From contig JAAILG010000763.1 in assembly GCA_012026655.1 (NCBI GenBank), positions 1-64,000 on the forward strand: a DNA stretch of 64,000 nucleotides. The letters run 5' to 3'. The stretch comes from Hydrolagus affinis (lineage: Eukaryota). A program made the position numbers and the translations under genes. Positions within the stretch are counted from its first letter, which is position 1. Every line of letters begins with the position of its first letter. Below the pieces are notes generated by a model that worked only from the letters and a program-made list of their open reading frames with translations, was not told the DNA's origin and made no database searches. Below, piece after piece: positions 1-12,811 of the stretch.

Positions 1-685
1 CCCCCCCCCCCCCCCAGGTAATACAATCAATGAAAAGTGAATTTTAAAGTGACCTTTTGTCCCCAAATTGGATTGGAGCTATTTCTGATTCTATCTTTGA
101 TTGTGCTTCTAGGGGAGGAAAGCAAGTATGAGGACTGAGTGATGGACAGCCAGGGAGATTAGTAGGTAGCTGGTTGTGTGGGTCATGGAATGGGGGAACT
201 TCAATTTCAACAACTTGCATTTACTTATATATCATTCTTCGTGCGGGCAATGTCCAATGGGTTTCAGGGTGTTTTGCCCTCTCGTTCCTTTCTGTGAATG
301 TACGTATCTAGCATTTTCTTCATTATCCATTTACAGTTTCACCAGGCTCTTGCTTTTGGCTTTCAAAGGTTTTCAGCCTCAAAACAGATGGGGACTGATC
401 TATTAAACCAAGGGAAATTGTGCTTCTAAAGTGTCACCAATCCGATCACTCGATAGTTCTGCTCGGCCACCTTTCCTTTTACAAAAAGCAGACTCAACAT
501 TTTCACTACATTATTTGACAGCACAATTGGAATCATTTACCCAAGAGAACATGAGGGCAAACTGTGACAGTACTCCCGTATTATGTTCAGACATTTCTTG
601 TAGCTATGAATATTTTTCTATTATTCTACAGTTCTTTATTTCTATTTTATCTGAAGAATTCCTGAACAGCTTGGCTAATTTTCCT

Positions 686-880
686 TAAGAACATAAGAAC
701 ATAAGAATTAGGAGCAGGAGTAGGCCATTCGGCCCCTCGAGCCTGCCCCGCCGTTTGATAAGATTGTGGCTGATCTTCTGACCTAACTCTAATTACCTGC
801 CCTAACCCCATATCTCCATAATCCCTCTATTTTTTAAAAATCTATCAGTCTCATCTTTGAAAATGTTAAACACTGATGCT
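686..880 (-). mobile_element. CR1 LINE 3' end fragment
   Basis: (TAAGAACA)n tail followed by ggagcaggagtaggccattcggcccctcgagcctg, typical of chondrichthyan CR1 3' UTRs. Confidence 0.85.
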
Positions 881-1179
881 TTTGGAAAAGCCAAGTACTC
901 CACTGAAGAACACTAAGAAGTTTGAATGTTTCTGTAACTATATGGATACAGGTGCTAAGGTTTTGTGGACTTATGATATTATATACAGTGAACAGATATC
1001 TTATTATTGTAATTAAATTATAATTAAGAAATTAATAATTAAATTAACAATAAAATTGTTATTATTAATTAGTAATCCTGTATTATTGTAGACAATTTCA
1101 TGGCCAGCTAGAAACCACTCTGAATATATTGATGAATAACAGCTGAAAGGAAAGATAATTCATTAGTAATTCACCTGTA

Positions 1180-1316
1180 ATTCCTTGCTGTTTGTAGGAC
1201 GTTGCGAGCGCAAATTAGTTTCCGCTTGTCACTACAATTTAAAGTGACTCAGCTTGCAAAGAGCTTTGAGTTGGTTTAACAAAAATTGCACAGATGAAAT
1301 GCAAGCATTATTATTT
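1180..1316 (+). mobile_element. Degenerate SINE 3' fragment (Deu/L2-tailed type)
   Basis: gctgtttgtaggac...gcaaatt...aaatgcaagcattattatt, similar to the other SINE tails in the window. Confidence 0.5.
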
Positions 1317-2414
1317 TAGCAAGATACAGGAACCAAACAAGACTGATTTGGCCTTGTTTATATTTAGGATAATAAGCTTGTTGTTACTAAGCTAATTAGA
1401 AGTTTTCATCATAAACTCAATTAATACCTTTTCAAACTATTTAATAGATTTGTAATGGTACAGGTAGGACTGCATCATTGGCATATTAAGACTTTGGAAT
1501 ATGAGCATACCTTAGGGAGGTCATTAACGCAGCACAGAAATAGTAAGACGTTTCCCTGAGAAACTCTGGTTTCAAATGAGCCTGATCAGATGGTTTGAAT
1601 TAGTGTCTTGATACCAGTTGCCTCATCATAAAAGAAGACACGGACAATATGGGCCTGACAGACAACACAAATTTCTTCAATGTATTATTTATAACTGTAA
1701 CTTATTTATTCGGTGTGGAAAGTTTTCCCACATCGTCGTTTACATTGTTATTTTCACAAATGCAGGAAACAAAATTACACTTGGAGGGCAGAGTTTTCCC
1801 TAATCAGAACAAAAACACATTTTTTTTCCTGAAGGGAATGCAAGTTCCTTGGGCAAATGGGTGTTTTCTAGTTTTTGTTTCCTGCGTTCCTATGTGTGTC
1901 AGGTATCCAGCTGGCCAAAACTATTTGACTAGAACAATGTACTGCCGTGATCATTTGCAAAGGTTGCCCATTTTATGAACCTGCCTGTCGTATTGCTACT
2001 TGAACCCTTTCTTTAATGCTAGTGTAAATGTGGTTAGTAAATTCATCTAATGCTGTGGAGACACGCTTCAGTGGCAGAGCTCTGACTGACAAGTGGAAAT
2101 TGATTTACCCTTCATTATGTGGTCACAGAGCTGTTGTGATTGGTGTTCTCTGTCCTGACAGTAACATGCACACAGTGCAGATTGATTTCTCGCCACTTCA
2201 GATATAAATTTTGCTGTGAAATAGTTTTTAAAGTTATGCCAGCTGGGCTGTGTATTATGAATGTGTAAAACAACATGGGAATGCTAGCAAATCTGATGGC
2301 CTTGAAACGTCCATTAAAAACAGCTGAAGCTGTCAAAACCTTCCTACAGCTCCCGCCACATACAGAAAGGCTCATTGGAAATAAATGACTAGGGGGATAG
2401 TTTCCACTGTTGGA

Positions 2415-2560
2415 TTACAGTGTATAGTGTTTTATACAGGCCCAGCAGGATCCAGGTTTGATGTCCAGTTTATACTGAGTTAGCTGGTCTTAGCTAAGGA
2501 CAGAAGAAGGGGAAATTTAACCCAAGTAGTAATGCTGCTTAGTGTTTTAAAGCTATTAAA
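2415..2560 (+). mobile_element. AmnSINE2-like SINE fragment
   Basis: ccaggtttgatgtccagtttatactgagttagctggtcttagc matches the copies at 13733 and 38005; family name from memory. Confidence 0.55.
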
Positions 2561-2622
2561 AGAAAAGAAATGACAAGCGAGGCACAGTACTTATTTCATC
2601 ACTTGTCGACTCTTACCATTGT

Positions 2623-2738
2623 ATAATAATAACAATCCTTGCTTTTGATATAGCGCCTTATCACACTTTCGAGACATCTCAAAGTACTACACGGAATATA
2701 TCATGGAGTGAATTTACTGTACCCTTTGTGGGCTAAAT
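2623..2738 (-). mobile_element. tRNA-SINE 3' tail fragment
   Basis: aatccttgcttttgatatagcgccttatcac matches the tail of the full-length copies. Confidence 0.8.
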
Positions 2739-2844
2739 TATGTATTGTTATTGATTATCTATGATAGAGCTCTTGATCCACACTGATTATATTCACAATC
2801 TTGTGGAGTAAATTCTGATTTACAATGAATTATTTTACTACTGC

Positions 2845-3090
2845 TCAGAACATACCAAATAAGCAGGCCATTAAACCCATCACGTTTCCATCAGTGCCGT
2901 CTCCTCCGCCAATGCTATCTTTTCTAAACCCATAACCCTGCTCTTTCACCTCACACTGTCACTCAATAATTCTAATTCCCTTTTAAATGATTTTATAGAC
3001 CCAGTTTGAACAGACTTCTGCGGTGAGGCATTTCATATTCTGACAATCCTCTGTGTAAAAAAAAAGTTCTTCAAACGTCTCTCTTTTTCA
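2845..3090 (-). mobile_element. Degenerate CR1 3' fragment
   Basis: caatcctctgtgtaaaaaa...ttct and ctaattcccttttaaa resemble the CR1 RT C-terminus at 4600-4740. Confidence 0.55.
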
Positions 3091-4529
3091 ACAGATATAT
3101 CTTAGAAACAGCATTTTAAGTTGTTCATCTTTTACTTTTAATGCATTCAATGGCCCATGTTGTTTGCCATGAAGCACTCTTATAATGGTTGATGGTCTAA
3201 CTCAGAGATCTTAACCTTTCCAGGAAGCCATGTACATCTAGAGAATCTATGATGCGCACTTTGCGCTTCTTCACCTCTGTGAAGCACAAATCCCTTTAAA
3301 ATAAATTCCCGTGTGTTCTGTGGACTGTCCATTCAAGACAAAAGTGCATTGTTGAAGAGGCCTCAATTCTGCAACACTGGGTAGCAACGAGTCTATGAAT
3401 ACATCAACTCTCAACTTCTGAAGCAAACGCACAGTGGATCAATTTTCAGTTTAACAATATACAACGGTAAGAATACAGATTCAGATAGAATAAATCATTT
3501 GCACTGCTGGTTATTGCTTTGGGTTTGCCATTATGAAGCACAGATGTGTTTGCCCTCTGCTCCCATTGCAGTGCTGGAAAACATATTGCCGTGAGATCAG
3601 CTCATCAATTTTTTTGTTTACAAGGCTGAAATCCATACATACAGGTGAGTAGAATACTGAGTACTATCCTGCATACAGTACCACAGGAGGTACAACAACA
3701 AAGTACTGTAACATGTTCCTGCAAACAGCCCAGCATACATTATGAATATGCAATGGTTTCCTAATAAGATGCAAAAATAGTAAGGAAATGCTGCAGGAAA
3801 TGGCACTGGCAGAGCACAACAATATTTGTCATACAAGTCTTTTTAGTTATGTATCCTTGTGGTTTTATAATGTGCATAAGTCACATTCACCATTTAGCAA
3901 ATGAGAGTAAATTTAACCATTAAAATGTGCAGTCCAACCTTTTTAAAGCCTGATGTGTACCTAGGCGTACATTGGTAGATAAGATTCAAAGTGGCGACAC
4001 TGTTCGTGTGTATCTGTGAAGATTAAGTTGATCCCTGGTGTTAAGAGGGATGAGCTACAACCAATGACTGGATAAGCCACAGCATTTCAGTCTTAGAAAG
4101 AGTCAGCTCAGAGAAACTGAAAAAAACTAAATCGATAAAGAAAATAAATCCGGACCAATAATTTCATTTAGGCAAAGGCAGCAGAAAAGGCAAGAGTTGA
4201 GAGTTGTGAAGGATAACTTTAGGGTAGACACCAGGAAGCATTGTGTTTATGCAGCCTGAAGCCTATGTCGGGAAGCATGGTCCAAGACCCTGAATTGATT
4301 TAGCAAAGGCAGCAGGATGGGTATTCTGGAAGAACGGCTCCCAAAAAACACTGCTGGCTCAAACTATATTGCTGTATCTGAAACATCAATCACCTTAAAT
4401 CTTGTGATTCCTTCAGAGCTCCAGTGTGCTTTCCATTTTAATTTTTCCTTCAAATTGATGTCTCCACTCATCATTGTTCTAGTAGTACATAATTCCTCTG
4501 TGAATTTATTAATTTTGTTCAGATTACAG

Positions 4530-5105
4530 CCCTTCAGTGAAACCACTTCATATCATGGCTGATATTCTACTCTAACTCCAGCTACCTGCCTTATCCCCTT
4601 ACCCCTTAATCCCTTTGTAAATGAGAAATCTATCTAACTCAGTCCTGAATATGTTCAAGGACTGAGCATCAACAGCCCTTTGGGGTAAAGAATTCCATAC
4701 ATTCACCACCCTCTGAGTGAAGAAGTTTTTTCTCAACTCAGTGTGAAAGGGCTGACCCCTAACTGTAAGACTGTGACCCCTGGTTTTAGATTCTCCAACC
4801 AGGGGAAACAATCTCCCACTATCTACTTTGTCGTGCCCCTTAATAATCGTATAGATTTCTATAAGATCCCTTCTAATTCTTCTATATTCCAGAGAATATA
4901 AGCCCAAATTAATCAACCTATCATCATAATTCATCACCCTCTTTCCAGGTACTAACCTAATAAACCTACACTTCACTCCCTCCAAGGCGAGTACATCCTT
5001 TCTTAAATAAGGAGACCAAAACTGCACACAGTATTCCAAGTGTGATCTCACCAGGGCCCTATACAGTTGCAGCAAGACTTCCCTACTCTTATACTCTAAC
5101 CTCCC
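4530..5105 (-). mobile_element. 5'-truncated CR1 LINE, RT C-terminal part
   Basis: ORF 4599-5075 LYRALVRSHLEYCVQFWSPY...FFTQRVVNVWNSLP is the canonical CR1 ORF2 C-terminus. Confidence 0.93.
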
Positions 5106-6068
5106 CAGATTATATCTCTATATCTACATGAGAAACTGAAGTTTAATTTTATTCATTTGAAGATTCTTGGAAAACTAGAATGCTAACTTGAACACTTATT
5201 TTGTTACATCTCTAGGTGTAAAATAATTGAGGTGATATAGTAGGCTCCGTTTATCAAAGAAAGACCAGGAGCATACACATGATCATGGCCTCCAAATCCT
5301 CCAAAATGTTAACACTGACTTTTAACCTATATCGGAAAAGGGGGGACAACGGCTATTCTCAAACATCAGTACACATGGCTCATAGTATCTTGTCTCTTTA
5401 ATTACTCTCATGGTAAGAAAAAGTCACATGCAAGCTGCATAGACCTATTGTTGTTAGTTACGTATTTAACTGCTTGTTTTGCTCCCAGCTTCTGGTGCTA
5501 GTTTCTTTTTCAGTTACCCAGAAATGGAATTCTGGATGGGATGCATCATTCCTCAGAAGCTGTCCCTATTGCTTTGTCAGGTTATAGTCACATTGAAGCT
5601 TGAATTAAGGATCTGACTGGATTTAGACTGTGCGTCTCGGGGTTTGAAGAACCAAAATGAAATCTAGTTTCAAAACTGGTTCCATTGTCTGGCCAAAGCT
5701 GTGCCGTGCCTGAACTGGTGATTGATGCTTTATGATTTTTGATTTATGTTTCAATCAACAATGCATGGGATTTTGCTGGTTTACAGTAAATGTGCAGAGC
5801 AATAACTGCAGAGCTTGCAAGATTATTTACCTGCAACTCCCTCTGTTTTCTCAATAATTTTAAAGAAATTGTGCATAGCTCACTCACTTCATCCATATTG
5901 GAATAAGGCTGTCCCCATGACAACCAGAATTATAAAGTCCCGGTGGGACTGTCGAAGAGGAGAGTCTTGAGGCGGGACCTGAAGGAGTCCAGGGAGGGGG
6001 CGAGGCGGAGAGACTACGGGATGGAGTTCCAGAGGTTGGGGGCAGAGTGGCTGAAGGCTCGCCCGCCG

Positions 6069-6168
6069 NNNNNNNNNNNNNNNNNNNNNNNNNNNNNNNN
6101 NNNNNNNNNNNNNNNNNNNNNNNNNNNNNNNNNNNNNNNNNNNNNNNNNNNNNNNNNNNNNNNNNNNN
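6069..6168. other. Assembly gap (100 N)
   Basis: Run of exactly 100 N. Confidence 1.
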
Positions 6169-6442
6169 CACAGAATATACTGTAAAGTGAATTGACTGTA
6201 TATATTTGTGGGCGAATCGCGGCAGCCAATTGCGCACAGCAGTGTCCCACACACAGTCGTGGATTGAAATGACCAATTTTATTATTGTGGTTTTTTTTGG
6301 AGGGATTATTATTAGGCGTGTGGAGTAAGGAAACTTGCCTAAGGTTTCGCCCTGACCTGCCTGGATTCGAATACAGGTCTCCCCAGCTTGGTCTCCCCAG
6401 CTTGCAAGACAAGTGCTCTAACCACTCAGCCACAGGAGCTCC
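6169..6442 (-). mobile_element. tRNA-derived SINE (SINE2-1_CM-like), tail in the gap
   Basis: Head with A box and gtattcgaatcc B-box-like motif, core ggacactgctgtgcgcaattggctgccgcg; family name from memory. Confidence 0.9.
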
Positions 6443-7597
6443 ACAATGGGGACATGGGGCAGGCCGGAGCCTGCCGAGCGGAGGGGGCGGGCAGGTTGGT
6501 AGGGAGTTAGGAAGTCACAGGTGTAGGGTAGGGTGAGGCCGTGGAGGGCTTTGAATTTGAGGACCAGGATTTTGAATTGGATCCAATGGGTGATTATAGC
6601 TGCAGAACAGCAAGACATTTGTTCAAGGAATATTTAGACTATTAATGTCCCCCCTCCACCCTCCCCACAGACAACCTGGCCTACAATTCCCCAAAATTAA
6701 AATTAGACAATCATGTAATGGCTGTTTGTGAAAAGTTATTGTGTGCAAATTGGCTTCTATATTCACTAACAAAATATTGCCACTACACTCCTGAGTAACT
6801 AATGTGAATCCCTTTGATACGTCTTAATGATGTGATAATGCGCAGCCTCAAGTTCAAGGATTGCTATTATAATAACAGCACTCTGCATTGTCTGACGATG
6901 ACTTTAACCCACTGTACCGATCTCAGGTTCTAATTTGCAGTAGTTCTAAAGTAAAATCAAATCAGCTGAAGAATCTAAAATAATAAAGTAACAATCACAC
7001 AGTTTGGATTCTGAAATCCAGTAAGAAATATCACAACAGACCGCACCATTACAGATATCAAACGTCCACTTGCCAATTTCACTAAGAAGATGCAGCAATG
7101 CAAACTGCATAGGGCAGAGAAACTGATGCAAATGATGCCATGGCCCCTGGAGAGAAACACTCTGCTTGAGTTCTTTCGCTCGTGCACTAAAGGGCAAACT
7201 CAGCTGTTTATCCTTTCACCTCATAGAGCGAGCATTAGGAGATTTAATCATTCCAAGTGAAATTGGTTTGTGCCTTATTAATGGCTTGGGAATCATGCAA
7301 ATCACACCGTTTGAAATCTATTTGTATTACAATTACTTTATTCTCTGCTTTGGACCCCCTCCGACCCTAACCACAAGGAGAGCAGGCTCACTGCATTGTT
7401 TATTTCAGAAGCTTTGCTGCTAAACATTTATGAGCAGATCACATGATATCACCAGCCTCCGACTGGAACCTTCTGTTTGGCAGTAAAAGCAGGGTTAGAG
7501 CAAGGGCACATGATTTGCTGGTAAAATGAAATATCTGCTTTTCTGCTCCATTTGCTTCACTCCTCTTCTGAAAGATTCCATCTTTCCTTCTATGTGA

Positions 7598-7901
7598 GGA
7601 GTCCTGCAGCTCAGTGGTTAGAGCACTCGCCTTACAAGTGAGATACCCGGGTTCAATTCTAGGCAGGGTGAAACCTTAGGCAAGTTTTCTTACTGCACAA
7701 GCCTAATAATAATCCCTCAAAAAACAACAATAAATTGGTCATTTCAATCCACAATTGTTGGTGAGACTCTACTCTGAGCAATTGGCTGCCACGTTTTGCC
7801 CACATATGTACAGTCAATTCACTTTCCAGTATATTCTGTGAAGCACTTTAAGACATCTAGAAGACACGAACAGCCCCATATCAAATGCAAGGATTATTAT
7901 T
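7598..7901 (+). mobile_element. Full-length tRNA-derived SINE, short form
   Basis: ggagtcctgcagctcagtggttagagc head, ggttcaattc B box, tail caaatgcaaggattattatt. Confidence 0.92.
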
Positions 7902-7914
7902 CTTATCACTAGTG

Positions 7915-8265
7915 TGCAGGCTGTAGGCTCCACTAGCTCCCAGTACCTTGTACTTGGGTGAACATTGAGCATTTGGTGAGGATTGGACTGCAGGAATCAC
8001 CACAACTGAGTATAACTGGACTTACTGATCTGGTCCTCCTTCAAAGTTTGTAATTTCTTTGTGGGGTTGTAAGGGGGAAGAAGTTCTTCATAGCAGTCAG
8101 AGCAGGAATCACGGTTGAATTGACCTCTGGCTGTTTTTTCCTTTCTGAGCCCAGAAGATCAGATGCCAGTTGTGAAACTCAACTGCTGCCCCACCCAATT
8201 CAGTACAGAATATGTTCCTTTGACTGTCTAGTCGGTATGGCCTAGTGCTCTCTTGACCACGCATT
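7915..8265 (-). mobile_element. AmnSINE2-like SINE, degenerate
   Basis: Reverse-complement similarity to 13733-14110 (cccagtaccttg, gagcaggaatc, gccagttgtg). Confidence 0.55.
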
Positions 8266-9199
8266 TAGTAATAGAGTCAGTTACTATTTGCCGTTACTAA
8301 TAGCGACCAAGTATAGCAGAGAAAACTCGAGATTTAACCCAACCGCAAGATAATATGCAAACACTTCAGGATGTGTGCAGTGAGCATTTAGTTTCCATTG
8401 GTATCTAATACGGCACCTAATAATTCTGTATATCCAACCACCAGGAACCGATCATGAATATTAACCTCAATATTTTTTGTCAAGATAGCAACTAAAAGTG
8501 AGATTATGCAGACTTACTTTCATTCCAGTGGTATGAACTCATAATATGAAGCTGAGAACCATCCATTTGACTGGAGGGAAAGATAAAAATCCATCACAGG
8601 AAAAACACTTCAAATGTCTCAAAACTATTGCTGTACTGTTTGTGTTGGGTGAGTGCAGAGAGTCTTTGATGAAAAGCACAGTGAGCGACTCTTACTAAGG
8701 AAGACTGCTCTGCAAAGATCAAACACCTATCAGCGCAGGCTTAGAAATGATATGGTTACCTCATGGGGCAGGGAGGAAAATATCACTTTCTAATTTATCT
8801 TCATAACCGAGGCACTATGTTTTTTTTAAAAAAAACACAGAATTTAAAAATAATCTACGCCTTCTGCTTTCTGTGCTCATCAGTGAATAAATCTATGTAA
8901 GTCAGGTTATCGGAGTTCAAATGTGAGCTGCAGATTCAAACTACAGTATCAAAAATAAATGTTCCTACACACACACACACATACATACTGAGAGAAGCAG
9001 AACAAAAAGAGGGAACCAACAACATCAAACTAACCTTGGAAACTTCTGCCATCCTTTTTTGTTTTTCTGAAAAAAGTAAAAAACATTATCCTTAAAAAGT
9101 TTAAGGATTTGTGATTTAGTCATTTGATTTCATTTTCAAACTACCTGTACCATGTTTGGAAGCGACAAAAATAATACAGAATTGTTGATTTTTCTCCAA

Positions 9200-9850
9200 A
9201 CAACTAGTAAGTCTTTTTTCTGTCTCCTGAAAAGTGGTGCCTCACATTTATCTGCATTAAACACTGTCGCTGCCATTTGTCTGATTATTTCTCTAGTCAG
9301 TCGAAGTCCTTCTGTAGTCTTTTTACAAGCCTTCTCATACTTTCCCAATGCACTCAATTTAGTGCCATCAGCAAAGTTGCACATAATCCCTTGTATATCC
9401 ACATCCAAATCAATGATAAATGCTGCTAAGAGTAATGATCCCAGCATAGACCCATGGGACAAACCATTAGTTCCATCTTGCCAGTCTGAGAAACACTCAT
9501 TGATTCCAATTCTCTGCACTTCTGTTCCTTAGTCAATGTTTTATCCACTCTACTACATTACCTTTAATATCAAATAATATCAAAAGCCAGGGTATTAATC
9601 TCTTACGCACTTATCAGCCTTCTCAAAGCCTTGACATGCGTCACCCACTGCATTTTTTCCATCTAATGTTTTCAGTAATCTCCTCAAAAAATTCAATTAG
9701 CTTAGTCAAACACAATCTGACCTTAATGATTTTGTGCTGACTGTCCCTGATCAATTTTTTCTTCCCCAGATGCTTATCCATATTGTTCCCCTTCTAATTG
9801 ACTCCAGCAATTTCCCACCACTGATGCCAACACTACTTGGTATTTGCCTA
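9200..9850 (-). mobile_element. Old CR1 LINE RT core fragment
   Basis: GLSHGSMLGSLLLAAFIIDLD...NFADGTKL is a decayed GVPQGSVLGP...FADDTKL RT motif. Confidence 0.85.
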
Positions 9851-11339
9851 TCAAAACAGAAAAGGAGAGAATGGGTCAACCTCATGTGAAATTGAACCAA
9901 ATAGGTTTCATCCCTTTGACCAAACTGAACCAGCTGATTAAGCTGAGGGTGCAATAGGGTGTTAGAATAAACCATCAGCGCTCCCAGATAATGAACTGGG
10001 AAACGAGAAAAATAAAGAGGATTCCCTTTCCTGACCAGCGGCTCCCGTTGAAAAGCTTTGGTGTACAGATTTTCAATGAAGACTGGATTTAATGTGAAGT
10101 TAATGTGCACATAACGGCCACCGTGGAGGACGGAATGAGATGGACGGGGCAAAGGATGCTTGTATAATCAGACGCCAGGGTAGTTCTGTGTCCTTAGAGA
10201 ACAAGGGAGAATGTTATTATTTTCTGTGCTCTCTCGGCTTGTGTGCTGGCAGTCACCATACGGATCATTGATTTTCATCTTCTTTCTTGAAATATACTGG
10301 CCAACTGTCCCAATACCTCATAGCTGCTGTTACAGGATATTAAAGATAGTTATTATTATACAAGATATTCCACTATCTGGACATGTATTAACTGCTGCAA
10401 ATTCCAGCTGCAAGATGTAAAAAAAAGACCTTACAGATATATTTAAGCTAAAATAAGGCAAAAGAGGTTATTGTAACCAGATGGTGTCACTCTTCCTGCA
10501 CCATAATTTCTGATACACAAAACGCTTGTTAGTGCTAATGATGGTTTTGTTACTGACCCTGTCACCTGCCATTTGCCTATAAAAATAACAAAAAAGGCAG
10601 AACAACTTCTAAAGGCATTCCAAGCATTGAACACATCAAAAGATTTGGCGCTGCTATTTGTAGGGACCAGTAAAATATACACTCAGAACAAAGAAAATTT
10701 AGCTTGTTAACTAGTAACACAGAGTCATTATTATTCACTTTTGCCTATGATTTGATAGTGTACATCTGGCCTTATCAAGTCAACAAATTTATTTTACTGA
10801 CCTGCTCAGCATTCACATTTATGCATAGAAACCGGCAATGGACTATTCCTCCGCAAAAAAAAACCTTCAACATAGTTGTCTCAGTTGCAGGATCTTTGTT
10901 GGTGGATGGCCATAGCAGCAATATAAAGTGCTGACCAACAGCATTTCAGCTCCACTAGGGTGGAGAGGTAACTGGATAAACCAGATTTGCTACATCAGTG
11001 CTTCCAGTTGGGTGATTGGAATGATAACAGTGGTGCAGATACCTGTGACTCAACCTCTGCTGTCCTCCAGTTGAATGCACTCTGACACCTATCAGAGAAA
11101 CAAATGGAGAGAGACCAGCATAATGACTAACTCAGTCTTCTTACAACTGTAGTGGATGGTTCTGATTATATAGTGCTCGAAGCAAAAAGCATCAGCATAT
11201 TTAAGAGAAAACTTGATGCGTACATGAGAAAGAATAGAGAAGTATAGAATAGGGGAATAGAAGGGATGGGAGATTGTGTGGAGTATAAACACAGTAGTTG
11301 GGTCAAATGACATGATTTAGTCCCACATCAATCAATGTA

Positions 11340-11530
11340 ATTGCAGAGAGAGGGGCAGAATGACTGAAAGCTCGCTCACCGATTCAACAGGGGAGAGAAG
11401 CAGGCCGGTCTTAGCTGTGCGGAGGGAGATGGCAAGATGGGAGAAGTCTGCAGAACTAGGGACTTCACAGATGGATTTGAATGAGAGGATCTTCAATTCT
11501 GATAAATTTGACACTGAATACTGGGCTTTA
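11340..11530 (-). mobile_element. Degenerate L2 3' fragment
   Basis: ggggcagaatgactgaaagctcgctcaccg and ggatttgaatgagaggatctt match the other L2 copies. Confidence 0.6.
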
Positions 11531-12390
11531 GACATTTTTTCTTAGCATGTGAGCTCCATACATGTTAATGTTTTGTTAATCAACAAGACAGAACTTGTTA
11601 ACTTTGGCATCCAAATATGTAGCAGGCAAAAATGGAGTGGAACAGCCTGAGGAGTGTCCAGCAAATCAGGATTTATTCTTTAATTACACATTGTTTGAAA
11701 TGTCAGGAGTGTTTTACGCGTGGCAGCTGGCAACGAGACAGCATCTTTGTGAACATTATAATCCTGAGCAATTATGTGGTTGAACCGTATAATCATTTCT
11801 GAGGGAAAAAACATTTGGAATATTCCATCCGCTATGTTTCTTCTTCTGGTAAATAAATCAAAAGAAAATGTACGTTTTTGACAACACAATCTTGAGAAAC
11901 GTCTCAGAAGGAAGCACCACCCTGGATGTGTTTTTGTTTGCTTCTGTTTGCACACAGTGTGGCTAATGAATTGCAGATGTTAACTTGATACATATTTATA
12001 TATATATGATATACGGATGAGGGACACTTGTTTAGAAAGTTGTAATTATATTTTAGAAAATGCAATATGAGAGCGAGTCAAGAAATTTAACTATCCAGCA
12101 CCATTTCTTTTTCAACCCGATTGCTATTAAACCATCCTTTAAACCTTTGAAATCCAGCAGTTAACCTTTTCAGTTCTGAATTTGTTCAGCAGGAATTCCA
12201 TTACAGTTTGTTTCTGAAAAATGTCTAATTATTGATGGGTCATGAATACCTTATTCTTCCATTTAGCTACACATTTACTCAGCTGAGAGAACGTGTGCAA
12301 CATGATACTATAATAATAATCCTTGCATCTGATTATTATGGGAAACTGTGCCTACATTGAACATGAATGCACCTGAAATTAACTGTATGA

Positions 12391-12709
12391 AATAATAATA
12401 ATGATAATCCTTGATGTAGCGCTTCTATATGTTCACGTCTTCTATACGTCTCAAAGTGCTTCACAGAATATACCATAAAGTGAATTGATTGTATATTTGT
12501 GGGTGAAACGTGGCAGCCAATTGCACACAGCAGTGTCCCACAAACAGATGTGGATTGAAATGACCAATTTGTATTCTTGTTTTCTTTTTGAGGGATCATT
12601 ATTAGGCATGTGGTGTAAGGAAACTTGCCCAGGGTTTCACCCTGACCTACCTGGATCCCACGTTAAAGCTTGTAAGGCGAGTGCTCTAACCACTGAGCTG
12701 CAGGACTCC
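12391..12709 (-). mobile_element. Near full-length tRNA-derived SINE, short form
   Basis: Same head, core and tail as 7598-7901. Confidence 0.92.
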
Positions 12710-12805
12710 ACAATCCATAATTGTGATCAATAATTAATCCTGGAAATCAAATTCAGACTCATCCATGCAAATAAAGTTCAAGAGATTCTATCTGATGAAA
12801 ATAAA

Positions 12806-12811
12806 TTTATT
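12806..12811 (-). terminator. Candidate distal polyadenylation signal AATAAA
   Basis: Plus-strand tttatt; upstream TGTA motifs and downstream T-rich sequence on the minus strand. Alternative AATAAA at 13684-13689 and 15018-15023. Confidence 0.45.

Larger units (their letters stand above)
5935..6590 (-). mobile_element. L2 LINE 3' fragment interrupted by a SINE and an assembly gap
   Basis: FKILVLKFKALHGL...PARPLRS and GGRAFSHSAPNLWNSIP L2 peptides on either side; colinear with the L2 at 28365-29071. Confidence 0.88.

Noticed and set aside
1005-1075. AT-rich quasi-palindrome
   Set aside because: Low-complexity sequence where inverted repeats arise by chance.
4599-5075. 158-aa ORF as a host gene
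   Set aside because: It is the C-terminus of CR1 ORF2 in a 5'-truncated LINE.
1-12400. Exons of a neighbouring gene such as LYSMD4 or MEF2A
   Set aside because: No recognisable peptide with flanking splice sites was found; short or non-coding exons cannot be excluded.
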